This document shows, one piece after another, positions 47,701-56,714 of a stretch of 64,000 nt of DNA; the stretch's first letter is position 1, and every line of letters starts with the position of its first letter. Source of the stretch: Candidatus Parcubacteria bacterium (GTDB lineage Bacteria; Patescibacteriota; Minisyncoccia; Phycocordibacterales; PALSA-1337); contig JBEBAU010000018.1 in assembly GCA_041158765.1 (NCBI GenBank), positions 2,557-66,556 on the forward strand, given 5' to 3'. The notes under the pieces are model-generated. The model had not been told where the DNA came from, did no database searches, and was given only the letters and a program-made list of their open reading frames with translations. The translations under genes were made by a program, and so were the position numbers.

Positions 47701-49134
47701 ATGCATTATTCAACCACAAAAACCAATATCGTGAAGTACCTTGCGGTGGCCGCTTTTGTGGCTATAGCAGGTTTCTCTCTATTTTCACCAGCAAAAGCTC
47801 AAGCGGGATTTGATCCTGTTCAGCTTATTGACCCATTCTGTCTTTGGAGTGGTTGTGGTGATGAACCTACTAAGGTAGTTAAGAAAACTATCATCAATAG
47901 TAACGTTAATAGCCCAGGTGGCGTAGTTACTGGTAACACAGCAGTTACTGGCGGACATACAACTACCGGTACTCCAGTAGTTGTTACTACTACTCCAGTT
48001 TATACCTATAACTATCCTTCAACTTCATATACAAGTCCGCTTAATGCTACTTGTTATGCATCTCCTACGTCTGTGTATGTTGGCGGTACTTCTGTGTGGA
48101 GCGTTTCTGCTTACGGAGGTAACGGCGCATATTACTATAGCTGGTCAGGTACTGACGGTCTTTCAGGAAATGGTCGAAGCATATACATGACCTACAATAA
48201 TACTGGTACCAAAAATGCGACAGTCACTGTCACATCAGGTAATCAGACTATTTCAATTAACTGTAATGCTTCTGTAATCGTATATGATAATGGAAATAAT
48301 TATAACTATAACAATGGCTATAATTACAACTATAATTCTAACTATTACAATAACGGTTATTACAATACTCCGCTTACCGTTTCATGTGTTGCGAATACTT
48401 CATTCGCTCCAGTTGGACGACTCGTTCAGTGGACTGCGACAGCTTCTGGTGGTTATAACACCAATAGCTATGCTGGTAACTATTCGTATCGATGGACTGG
48501 TACTGACGGTATCAACGGCAGCGGTCAAACTCTCGGCGTAAACTACGGCGGTCCTGGTACTAAGTACGCTTCAGTTACTGTATACATGGGCGGACAATCA
48601 GTTACTCAGAATTGTTCAGGAAGCGTTACTGTTGGTATCGAAAATAACCAGAACTACAACAACTACAATAATGGAAATCTCGAAATCGCATGTTTTGCTG
48701 ATGCAGATCGTGTACGTATCGGAACTCCAGTAACTTGGGGCGTTGAAGCAACTGGTGGAAACGGATCAAACTATGCATATTCATGGACAGGTTCTGAAGG
48801 TCTCTCTGGTTCTCAGCGTTCAGCTGTGACCACATACAGTACTGCTGGCATCAAGAATGCTACAGTTACAGTGACTTCAGGTGGTGTTTCAGCATCAAAG
48901 CTCTGTGGTAATGCTGTAACCGTTGTTACTGCTCCACGAGCGAATACCACAACTACAAATGGTAATCAGAATACCAATGCAACATCAAGTGATAATAGCT
49001 CACTCACAGGTTCAGCCTTCTTCTCACTTTCAAATGTTCCTTGGGGCTGGGTTGCTATCCTCACCATTCTCGTTCTTCTCGCAATGGTTGTATACCTCAT
49101 CGTTACTCGAAACGAACCAGTTATCAAAGCATAA
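47701..49134 (+). CDS. Surface protein with three PKD-like repeats, Asn/Tyr-rich linkers and C-terminal TM anchor
   Basis: Three repeats of C....W...A.GG...Y.Y.W.G.DGL.G...Y...G.K.A.VTV..G...C; signal peptide. Confidence 0.82.
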   Translation: MHYSTTKTNIVKYLAVAAFVAIAGFSLFSPAKAQAGFDPVQLIDPFCLWSGCGDEPTKVVKKTIINSNVNSPGGVVTGNTAVTGGHTTTGTPVVVTTTPVYTYNYPSTSYTSPLNATCYASPTSVYVGGTSVWSVSAYGGNGAYYYSWSGTDGLSGNGRSIYMTYNNTGTKNATVTVTSGNQTISINCNASVIVYDNGNNYNYNNGYNYNYNSNYYNNGYYNTPLTVSCVANTSFAPVGRLVQWTATASGGYNTNSYAGNYSYRWTGTDGINGSGQTLGVNYGGPGTKYASVTVYMGGQSVTQNCSGSVTVGIENNQNYNNYNNGNLEIACFADADRVRIGTPVTWGVEATGGNGSNYAYSWTGSEGLSGSQRSAVTTYSTAGIKNATVTVTSGGVSASKLCGNAVTVVTAPRANTTTTNGNQNTNATSSDNSSLTGSAFFSLSNVPWGWVAILTILVLLAMVVYLIVTRNEPVIKA

Positions 49135-49169
49135 TTGAAATATACGGCACCTATTGCCGAATATGAAAA

Positions 49170-49200
49170 CAAAAACCGTCCCTATATGGGGCGGTTTTTG
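49170..49200 (+). terminator. Intrinsic terminator
   Basis: CAAAAACCGTCCC-tatat-GGGGCGGTTTTTG. Confidence 0.8.
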
Positions 49201-49230
49201 TTATACTAGACATATAGATACGATTTATTC

Positions 49231-49971
49231 ATGAAAGAATTATTGCAACAATCAGAAGCGGGCAAGCTACATCACGCATATTGTCTCTTGCATTCAGGGG
49301 ATGCAATAGGAATGTGTGAAAGACTCACGGCTTTTTTTGTGGAGGGTCTCGGTGTTGCTGTCGTTGCAAATCCTGATTTTCACCATATTGAAGTTGATTC
49401 ATTTTCAATTGATGATAGTAGAAAGGTGAAAATGATTCATACGTCGAAGCCAATGACTGAAGATGGCAAGAAGATCTTTTTGATACAAGCAAATGGGATT
49501 ACGAATGAAGCTCAAAATGCTTTGCTCAAAATCTTCGAAGAACCGCAGGAACACATTCATTTTTTTGTTGTTGTTCCTGCGGGCACACTCCTGTTGCCGA
49601 CATTACGTTCGAGAATGATGGTTATTGAGGGCGGTGATGCGGAGGAAGTCGCTGGGGTTAGTGGCGTCGGTGGCGCTGGTCGAGCTGCTGGGGTTAATGG
49701 CGCCACCGAAGCAACAGCATTTTTGGAAATGCCAATCAAACAACGTATTGCTTTTGTTGATGATATTGCAGCGAGAGTAAGTGATGAAAAATCAGTAAAA
49801 CAAGACGCTGTGAACTTCCTGAATGGACTTGAAAGGGCTCTTGCGAAGCGCGATATACGCTCACAAAAAACTCGCACAGCACTCGACGCGGTAGTGCGCG
49901 CGCGAGAATACGCGCGCGATAGATCACCGTCATTGAAGCAGCTCCTTGAATATGTTGCTCTCTCAGTATAA
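49231..49971 (+). CDS. holB: DNA polymerase III delta' subunit-like
   Basis: LHHAY, NPDF, EAQNALLKIFEEP, LLPTLRSR. Confidence 0.85.
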   Translation: MKELLQQSEAGKLHHAYCLLHSGDAIGMCERLTAFFVEGLGVAVVANPDFHHIEVDSFSIDDSRKVKMIHTSKPMTEDGKKIFLIQANGITNEAQNALLKIFEEPQEHIHFFVVVPAGTLLLPTLRSRMMVIEGGDAEEVAGVSGVGGAGRAAGVNGATEATAFLEMPIKQRIAFVDDIAARVSDEKSVKQDAVNFLNGLERALAKRDIRSQKTRTALDAVVRAREYARDRSPSLKQLLEYVALSV

Positions 49972-49983
49972 AATAGAGTATCT

Positions 49984-50535
49984 ATGGCATATGACTTTTC
50001 AAAATTAAAAAAGAGCATTGGCGGAGCAGAAGAATGGCTCAAGAAGGAGTTTTCTGGTATTCGAACAGGACAGGCATCCCCAGCACTTCTTGATGGAGTG
50101 AAGGTAGAGAGCTACGGTGCACAGCTTCCAATATCACAGGTTGCTGGTGTAACCACAGAAGGTCCTCGCACTATTCGTATTGTTCCGTGGGATGTATCTC
50201 AGATGAAGGACATTGAGAAGGCTATTACTGTTGCCAATCTCGGTGTTTCTGTTGGTACGGATGACAAAGGCCTCCGTGTGAATTTCCCCGAACTTACTTC
50301 AGAACGACGTACAGTTATTACTAAGCTTGCAAAAGAGAAGCTCGAAGAAGCGAAGAAGCAGATACGTAATCACCGCGATGATTTCATGAAAGACTTGCAA
50401 GCAAAAGAAAAAGAGGGAGGTCTCGGCAAAGACGATGTATTCCGTTACAAGGGTGATGGTCAGAAAATGGTTGATGCAGCGAACAAAGCGCTCGACGACG
50501 CTTTCGCAAAAAAGGAGAAAGAAATTCTAAGCTAA
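49984..50535 (+). CDS. frr: Ribosome recycling factor
   Basis: IRTGQASP.LLD.VKVESYG, IEKAI..ANLG, PELTSERR, KEKEIL. Confidence 0.96.
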   Translation: MAYDFSKLKKSIGGAEEWLKKEFSGIRTGQASPALLDGVKVESYGAQLPISQVAGVTTEGPRTIRIVPWDVSQMKDIEKAITVANLGVSVGTDDKGLRVNFPELTSERRTVITKLAKEKLEEAKKQIRNHRDDFMKDLQAKEKEGGLGKDDVFRYKGDGQKMVDAANKALDDAFAKKEKEILS

Positions 50536-50541
50536 TATTTG

Positions 50542-51678
50542 ATGACCGTTATTATATTTTTGATAGTTCTCGCAGTGCTCATATTTGTGCATGAGCTCGG
50601 GCATTTTCTTGCAGCGCGATTCTTCGGTATTCGTGTTGATGCTTTTGCTATTGGATTTGGTCCAAAGATCTTTTCAAAAAAAGTCATATCAAAAAAGCAC
50701 GGTGAAACAACATACGCTCTCAATCTCATTCCATTTGGTGGCTATGTGAAGATTTTTGGTGAAAGCCCGGATGCTGATTCTATGAATGGCCCAGATGCAA
50801 ATCGTAGTTTTATTAACAAGTCTCGTTTTGCGCAAGCCATCGTGCTTATTGCTGGAGTGGTTTTCAACTTTGTATTCGCTTGGATACTTTTCACCGGACT
50901 TTTTATGGTTGGTTTCCCAGCATCTACCGAAAGCTATCCGCAGTACAAGGACAGAATCCATGATGATCGAACCGTAATCGTTGCACTCGATGCTATGTCT
51001 CCTGCAGTAATTGCTGGTCTCAAGGAAGGAGATATTCTTACTGATAGTTCAGGTAATCTCATCACCATGAGCACATTTCAGAAGAGTATTGCAGAAAGTG
51101 CTGGAAAGCCTGTGGTTATTTCATATAAACGTGCATACAATAATGCTATTGCAATAACACCAGTTCAATCAGCAACAGTAACTCCAGTAACTGGCATTAT
51201 TCCAAGTGATCCACAGAAGTATGCTATTGGTGTAGGGCTTTCTCAGGCGGGTACGCTCGAACTTCCGATACATCTCGCTGTTCTAGAAGCAGGGCGATAT
51301 GTTGTGCATATCATAGAGCAGACAGTTATCGGTCTGTACACCCTTATCGTCACTTCATTGCAGGGTAAGGGCTCACTCTCTGACGTAACAGGTCCTATCG
51401 GCATTGCAGGGCTTGTGGGAGATGCGGCGAAGCTCGGTGCAATATACCTCATTGCTTTCACTGCATTAATCTCTATCAATCTCGGTGTAATCAATCTCAT
51501 ACCATTCCCAGCACTTGATGGGGGACGACTTCTCTTCGTTGTGATTGAATCTATCACTCGCCGCCGAATCAAGCCTTCGGTTACGAATACCGTGAATACT
51601 ATTGGTTTCAGCCTTCTTATCCTACTCATGATCGTGATCACATTTCATGATATTGCTATCAAATGGTTTGTGAAATAG
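50542..51678 (+). CDS. rseP: RIP metalloprotease RseP (M50) with PDZ domain
   Basis: HELGH, FAIGFG, IPFGGYVK, GPIGI, NLIPFPALDGG. Confidence 0.93.
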   Translation: MTVIIFLIVLAVLIFVHELGHFLAARFFGIRVDAFAIGFGPKIFSKKVISKKHGETTYALNLIPFGGYVKIFGESPDADSMNGPDANRSFINKSRFAQAIVLIAGVVFNFVFAWILFTGLFMVGFPASTESYPQYKDRIHDDRTVIVALDAMSPAVIAGLKEGDILTDSSGNLITMSTFQKSIAESAGKPVVISYKRAYNNAIAITPVQSATVTPVTGIIPSDPQKYAIGVGLSQAGTLELPIHLAVLEAGRYVVHIIEQTVIGLYTLIVTSLQGKGSLSDVTGPIGIAGLVGDAAKLGAIYLIAFTALISINLGVINLIPFPALDGGRLLFVVIESITRRRIKPSVTNTVNTIGFSLLILLMIVITFHDIAIKWFVK

Positions 51679-51688
51679 AATAAATCAT

Positions 51689-52969
51689 ATGCGACAAACA
51701 ACCCTCTTCACCAAAACCCGCAAAGAAGCTCCAAAAGATGAAGTTTCAAAAAATGCTGACTTATTGATTCGAGCAGGCTTCATTCACAAAGAAATGGCCG
51801 GCGTCTATTCGTATTTGCCACTCGGTCTTCGAGTTCTTAATAAAATCTGCGATATTATCCGAGAGGAAATGGGTGCTATTGGCGCTCAAGAGCTTCATCT
51901 TACTGCACTTCAGGATAAGAAGGTTTGGGAAACAAGCGGCCGCTGGGATGATGCTGTTGTTGATAATTGGTTCAAAACAAAGCTCAAGAATGATACCGAA
52001 CTCGGTCTCGGTTTCACTCATGAAGAGCAACTTACGAATCTCATGAAAGATTATATTCGTTCAGTGCATGATTTGCCGGTGTATGCGTATCAAATACAGA
52101 CGAAGTTCCGCAATGAAACTCGAGCCAAGTCTGGCATTATGCGTGGACGAGAGTTTTTGATGAAAGACATGTACTCTTTCTCGAAAGATGTTGCTTCACA
52201 CGAGGCTTTTTATGAAAAATCAAAAGGCGCATACAAGCGTGTGTATGAGCGAATTGGTCTAGGTGATAAAACATTCATTACCACTGCGCTTGGTGGTTCA
52301 TTTTCAAAATTCTCACACGAATTTCAAACAGTTACTGACGCTGGAGAAGACCTTATCTATGTTCATGAAGGCAAAGGTATTGCGGTGAACAAGGAGGTGC
52401 TTGATGATGCTACTGCTGCACAATCTATTCTCGCAGAGCTCGGTATTGCTCGTGAAGAGTTGGTTGAGAAAAAGGCGATAGAGGTTGGAAATATTTTTCC
52501 ACTCGGTACACGATTCTCAGATGCATTCGAACTCAACTATCAAGATACTGATGGCACCAAAAAGCCGGTGGTCATGGGTTCATATGGTATCGGTCCAAGT
52601 CGTCTTATTGGAACAATTGCAGAGGTGCTTTCTGATGCGAATGGTCTTGTGTGGCCGAAGGAAGTAGCACCATTTCAAGCGCATCTCATTGTACTTCATG
52701 ACAAAGACGGCAAGGAGGGTAAGGTGGCAAAAGCTGCAGATGCGCTCTACGATAAGCTCACTCAAGCAGGTATTGAGGCTCTTTATGATGATCGTGATGC
52801 CAAGACTCGCGCTGGAGAAAAGTTCGCCGACAGTGATCTTATCGGTATTCCAATTCGTATTATTATGAGTGAAAAGACTCTCGCGGAAGATATGGTAGAA
52901 GTGAAGATTCGTGCTACAGGAGAAGTTCGCAAGGTGCCAAGTTGTGATGTGCTCGCTTTGTTCGTATAG
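51689..52969 (+). CDS. proS: Proline--tRNA ligase (no editing domain)
   Basis: LLIRAGFI, G.YSYLPLG, THEE, KFRNE.R...G.MRGREF.MKD.YSF, IEVGNIF.LG, MGSYGIG. Confidence 0.96.
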   Translation: MRQTTLFTKTRKEAPKDEVSKNADLLIRAGFIHKEMAGVYSYLPLGLRVLNKICDIIREEMGAIGAQELHLTALQDKKVWETSGRWDDAVVDNWFKTKLKNDTELGLGFTHEEQLTNLMKDYIRSVHDLPVYAYQIQTKFRNETRAKSGIMRGREFLMKDMYSFSKDVASHEAFYEKSKGAYKRVYERIGLGDKTFITTALGGSFSKFSHEFQTVTDAGEDLIYVHEGKGIAVNKEVLDDATAAQSILAELGIAREELVEKKAIEVGNIFPLGTRFSDAFELNYQDTDGTKKPVVMGSYGIGPSRLIGTIAEVLSDANGLVWPKEVAPFQAHLIVLHDKDGKEGKVAKAADALYDKLTQAGIEALYDDRDAKTRAGEKFADSDLIGIPIRIIMSEKTLAEDMVEVKIRATGEVRKVPSCDVLALFV

Positions 52970-52985
52970 GTTTTTTCACAAAAAA

Positions 52986-54014
52986 ATGAAAATAGTATTT
53001 TTTGAAACAAATGACTCTGACAAGGAATACCTCAAAAAAGGTTTGACTGGAAGTGGTGCAGTTCTTTCTTTCATTCCCGAAATCCTTACGCTTGATAGTT
53101 GTAAAGATGTAGCAGATGCTGAAATTATTTCGGTTTTTGTGAATTCTCTTGTTACAAAAGAGATTATTGATGCTTTGCCGCAATTGAAACTCATCACAAC
53201 TCGCTCAACTGGCTTCGATCATATCGATGTTGCATATGCCAAATCAAAGGGCATTGTCGTTTCAGCAGTTCCTGCGTATGGCTCACGCACTGTTGCTGAA
53301 TTTGCTTTCACATTGATTCTTGCACTTTCACGCAAACTCATTCCTTCATACTCTGGATTGAGAATGAATAATAGTTTCGATATGTCGAGTCTCGAAGGAT
53401 TTGATCTTGCAGGGAAGACGATTGGTGTTGTTGGTACAGGGAAGATTGGCAAGAATGCAATACGTATTGCTCGGGGTTTCGACATGAATGTGCTCGCATA
53501 TGATATGTTTCCTGATCAGGCTTTTGCGCAACAGAATTCTGTTACTTATGTTGATCTTGCCGAGCTTCTCGCAAAATCAGATATCGTAACTCTACATGCT
53601 CCATATACCAAGGTCACACATCATCTCATCAATAAACAGAATGTGAAAAGTATGAAAAAAGGTGCACTCCTTGTGAATACCGCCCGAGGAGAATTGATTG
53701 AAACGGACGCGCTCGTATGGGCACTCAATGAAGGTATTATTGCGGGTGCAGGTCTTGATGTTCTTGAAGGAGAACGATATATGAAAAATGAGATGAAAAA
53801 TCTCGCAAATGATATCGTTGAGCCAATGGAAGATGCTCAAGGAATGAAAATTATTGCTGAAAACGAAGCACTCATTCATCATCCACGAGTGATTGTTACT
53901 CCGCACGTTGCGTTTTTTTCAAAAGAAGCAAAAGAAGAAATATTGAAAACTACGGTTGAAAATATTGCTGGTTTTTCAAAAGGTGCCGCTACAAATCTTG
54001 TGCAGATTTCATAA
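52986..54014 (+). CDS. D-isomer-specific 2-hydroxyacid dehydrogenase (D-LDH-like)
   Basis: RSTGFDHID, GVVGTGKIG, VNTARG, LDVLEGE, TPHVAF. Confidence 0.93.
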   Translation: MKIVFFETNDSDKEYLKKGLTGSGAVLSFIPEILTLDSCKDVADAEIISVFVNSLVTKEIIDALPQLKLITTRSTGFDHIDVAYAKSKGIVVSAVPAYGSRTVAEFAFTLILALSRKLIPSYSGLRMNNSFDMSSLEGFDLAGKTIGVVGTGKIGKNAIRIARGFDMNVLAYDMFPDQAFAQQNSVTYVDLAELLAKSDIVTLHAPYTKVTHHLINKQNVKSMKKGALLVNTARGELIETDALVWALNEGIIAGAGLDVLEGERYMKNEMKNLANDIVEPMEDAQGMKIIAENEALIHHPRVIVTPHVAFFSKEAKEEILKTTVENIAGFSKGAATNLVQIS

Positions 54015-54034
54015 AAAATAAAAAACCGCTTTGT

Positions 54035-54433
54035 TTATTGCGGTATTGTATGGGGTTGTGTTTGTTCAATGTGTCCACCCTCGTTTATGAATCGCTTGAA
54101 ATCAATTCGGCGCATACTTACCGTATTAGTGCAGTCAAATCGAGATTCTTGGTAGATGAGCGATGTATTGGGTTGAAAACAAATTGGCAACCTATCTGTC
54201 AGCACGCTGCATAAAAGCATCATAACAAAAGTGAAGCCCAAGAAGAGCCACTGTTTTGACTTGGGCTTTTTGTTGGTAAGGATATTGGACAGACTCCAAA
54301 TCATACAACCAATAATGCATAGCGCGGCAGCAAATGATACAAAAAAGGCCAGTAATGCCCACCAATTGGTCGAATTAAAACCAAGAAAAGTCGCATCAGA
54401 AACTTCGTGCAAGGGGAATGGGAATGATTGCAT
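54035..54433 (-). CDS. Orphan 2-TM membrane protein
   Basis: Two hydrophobic segments; minus-strand TTGACA(54519-24)..TACTAT upstream. Confidence 0.55.
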   Translation of the reverse strand: MQSFPFPLHEVSDATFLGFNSTNWWALLAFFVSFAAALCIIGCMIWSLSNILTNKKPKSKQWLFLGFTFVMMLLCSVLTDRLPICFQPNTSLIYQESRFDCTNTVSMRRIDFKRFINEGGHIEQTQPHTIPQ

Positions 54434-54575
54434 ATGAGACAAGGTTGAGGGTTTTATTGATTGTGATAGGCCAAAAGGCCGAGCAATTTGTTTTTGATAG
54501 TACATGATTATTGAGGTATGTCAATGCTAGTCACACGGTATTTTGTTGTAGTATTGCCGTATATACGGCAATTTT

Positions 54576-55637
54576 ATGGCTTTAACCCTTAAAGAAAAGA
54601 TATACGCATATCTTTCCAATGATATTGGAATTGATCTAGGAACAGCTAATACGCTGGTGTATTTGCGTGGTCACGGTATTGTCGTGAACGAGCCTTCTGT
54701 CGTTGCTATTAATCAAAAAACCGGTCGTGTTGTTGCTGTAGGAAATGCAGCAAAGGATATGCTCGGTCGAACACCCGCGCACATTGTTGCAGTGCGTCCA
54801 CTTGTTGATGGAGTTATTTCAGATTTCGAAGTAACTGAAGAAATGATTGCATATCTTGTGAAGAAAGCTGAGGAGTATTCAAAAAAGATGCTCGGTCCTC
54901 GTGTTGTTGTTGGAGTTCCTTCTGGAGTTACTAACGTCGAGATTCGTGCAGTGCGTGATGCTACTCGTAATGCAGGAGCACGAGAGGTCTATATCGTTGA
55001 AGAGCCTATGGCAGGTGCTATTGGTATCCGTCTCCCAATTCACGATCCAATTGGTAGCATGATTATTGATATTGGTGGAGGTACGACTGATATTGCAGTG
55101 ATTTCGCTCGGAGGTATTGTTCGATCAAAAAACCTCAAGATTGCAGGAGATAAACTTAATAATGACATCATTTCATATATTCGAAATGAATTCAAAATTC
55201 TCATTGGTGAAAAAACAGCCGAATATATCAAGATGACTGTCGGCACTGTTATTGCGGGTGAACCAATGGAAACAACCATTCGTGGTCGAGACCTCATTAC
55301 TGGTTTGCCTCGAGAGGTGGTTATTACTGATTCTGATATTCGTGAAGCAATGGCGCAATCAATTGATATTCTTGTTGATGCAACAAAAGAAGTGCTTGAA
55401 ACAACACCACCTGAAATTCTTGCCGACATTATGCGCATTGGTATTTATCTTGTTGGTGGAGGAGCACTGATAAAAGGCCTTGATCGTCTTATTTCGGATA
55501 CCATAAAAATTCCTGTGCACATCTCTGAAGATCCACTTACTGCAATAGCTCGTGGAACCGGAATTATTCTCGAAGACCTTGATGTATACGAGGATGTTCT
55601 CATCCAAAACGAAGATGAATTACCAGCTCAAAAATAG
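54576..55637 (+). CDS. mreB: Rod shape-determining protein MreB
   Basis: IGIDLGTANT, NEPSVVA, EEPMA.AIG, IDIGGGTT, GGGAL. Confidence 0.97.
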   Translation: MALTLKEKIYAYLSNDIGIDLGTANTLVYLRGHGIVVNEPSVVAINQKTGRVVAVGNAAKDMLGRTPAHIVAVRPLVDGVISDFEVTEEMIAYLVKKAEEYSKKMLGPRVVVGVPSGVTNVEIRAVRDATRNAGAREVYIVEEPMAGAIGIRLPIHDPIGSMIIDIGGGTTDIAVISLGGIVRSKNLKIAGDKLNNDIISYIRNEFKILIGEKTAEYIKMTVGTVIAGEPMETTIRGRDLITGLPREVVITDSDIREAMAQSIDILVDATKEVLETTPPEILADIMRIGIYLVGGGALIKGLDRLISDTIKIPVHISEDPLTAIARGTGIILEDLDVYEDVLIQNEDELPAQK

Positions 55638-56430
55638 TGGTAGGGGAATGGGCGGCGGCGCGCGAAGCGCTGCACGCCGCCGCAACAGTTCGCTCGCTTT
55701 TGTAATCGGGTTAATTGTTACGGTTGTGCTCGTTATCATGTTGATATTTGCTCCAGCGCGTCTCGCAAGCCTCCTTACTCCAATTACATGGCCATTTCGT
55801 GCTACTGTATCTGGTCTTGATACACTTTTTTCAACACGAACAGGCCTCATGAAAGAGAATGACATGCTTTCACAAAGACTCGAAGCACTTATTTCAGCAG
55901 AAGCACAAATCTCTGAACTTACTCAAGAAAATACCGAACTCAAAGAATTACTCGGACGTACTGTCGTAAAGAATCCGATACTCGCAACAATTATACGTAA
56001 TTCACAGGGGACACCGTACGACACAATGATCGTTGATGTTGGAACAGAACAGGGAATTACTGTTGGTTCGCTTGTGTATGCTCTCGGTAGTGTTCCAATT
56101 GGAAAAGTGATTGAAGTCCATGATACGTTTTCAAAAGTCTCACTTTTTTCATATGCAGGTCAAAAATTCGATGTAATTCTCGGTAAAAAGAATATTACTG
56201 CAACAGCAACTGCTCGCGGGGGAAGTACATTTGAAATTACGCTACCTCGAGATACTGAAATCGTTGAAGGAGATCCGGTAAGTATTCCAAGCATTATTCC
56301 GGGTGTATTCGGCACTGTCGCTTCGATCATCCTTTCACCCTCACAAGCCTTTTCTACAATAGTATTTACTATGCCAGTAAACATACGTGAACTTCGTTGG
56401 GTTGAAATTGAACCAAATGCCTTTCAATAA
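55615..56430 (+). CDS. mreC: Rod shape-determining protein MreC
   Basis: TM, coiled coil EN.ELKELLGR, D.G...GI..G, beta-barrel; follows mreB. Confidence 0.9.
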   Translation: MNYQLKNSGRGMGGGARSAARRRNSSLAFVIGLIVTVVLVIMLIFAPARLASLLTPITWPFRATVSGLDTLFSTRTGLMKENDMLSQRLEALISAEAQISELTQENTELKELLGRTVVKNPILATIIRNSQGTPYDTMIVDVGTEQGITVGSLVYALGSVPIGKVIEVHDTFSKVSLFSYAGQKFDVILGKKNITATATARGGSTFEITLPRDTEIVEGDPVSIPSIIPGVFGTVASIILSPSQAFSTIVFTMPVNIRELRWVEIEPNAFQ

Positions 56431-56698
56431 AAATCAGTACATTCGAATTATTTCTGACATTGCGCTCTGTGCGTGCATTGTATTTGGCCCGTGGTGGCTT
56501 ATGGTAATCGGTCTTATTGTTGCAACAGTATATTTTGAAAATTATTTTGAAATAATACTATTTGGTGTACTTATTGATGCGCTCTACGGTACCGGTGCAT
56601 CTAGCATATTCCATGTACCTATTGCATATACCGTATTTGCGATAACTATGTTTCTACTTTCAATACCACTTCGAAAACGCATTCGTGCTACTATATAA
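56417..56698 (+). CDS. Small membrane protein, probable reduced MreD
   Basis: Hydrophobic, G.LID.LYG motif, between mreC and mrdA. Confidence 0.55.
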   Translation: MPFNKNQYIRIISDIALCACIVFGPWWLMVIGLIVATVYFENYFEIILFGVLIDALYGTGASSIFHVPIAYTVFAITMFLLSIPLRKRIRATI

Positions 56699-56714
56699 AC
56701 CCTAGAATAGGTTT

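Noticed and set aside
48285-48370. AAT/TAT/AAC-rich repetitive DNA
   Set aside because: In-frame Asn/Tyr-rich linker of the PKD-repeat protein, not a separate element.
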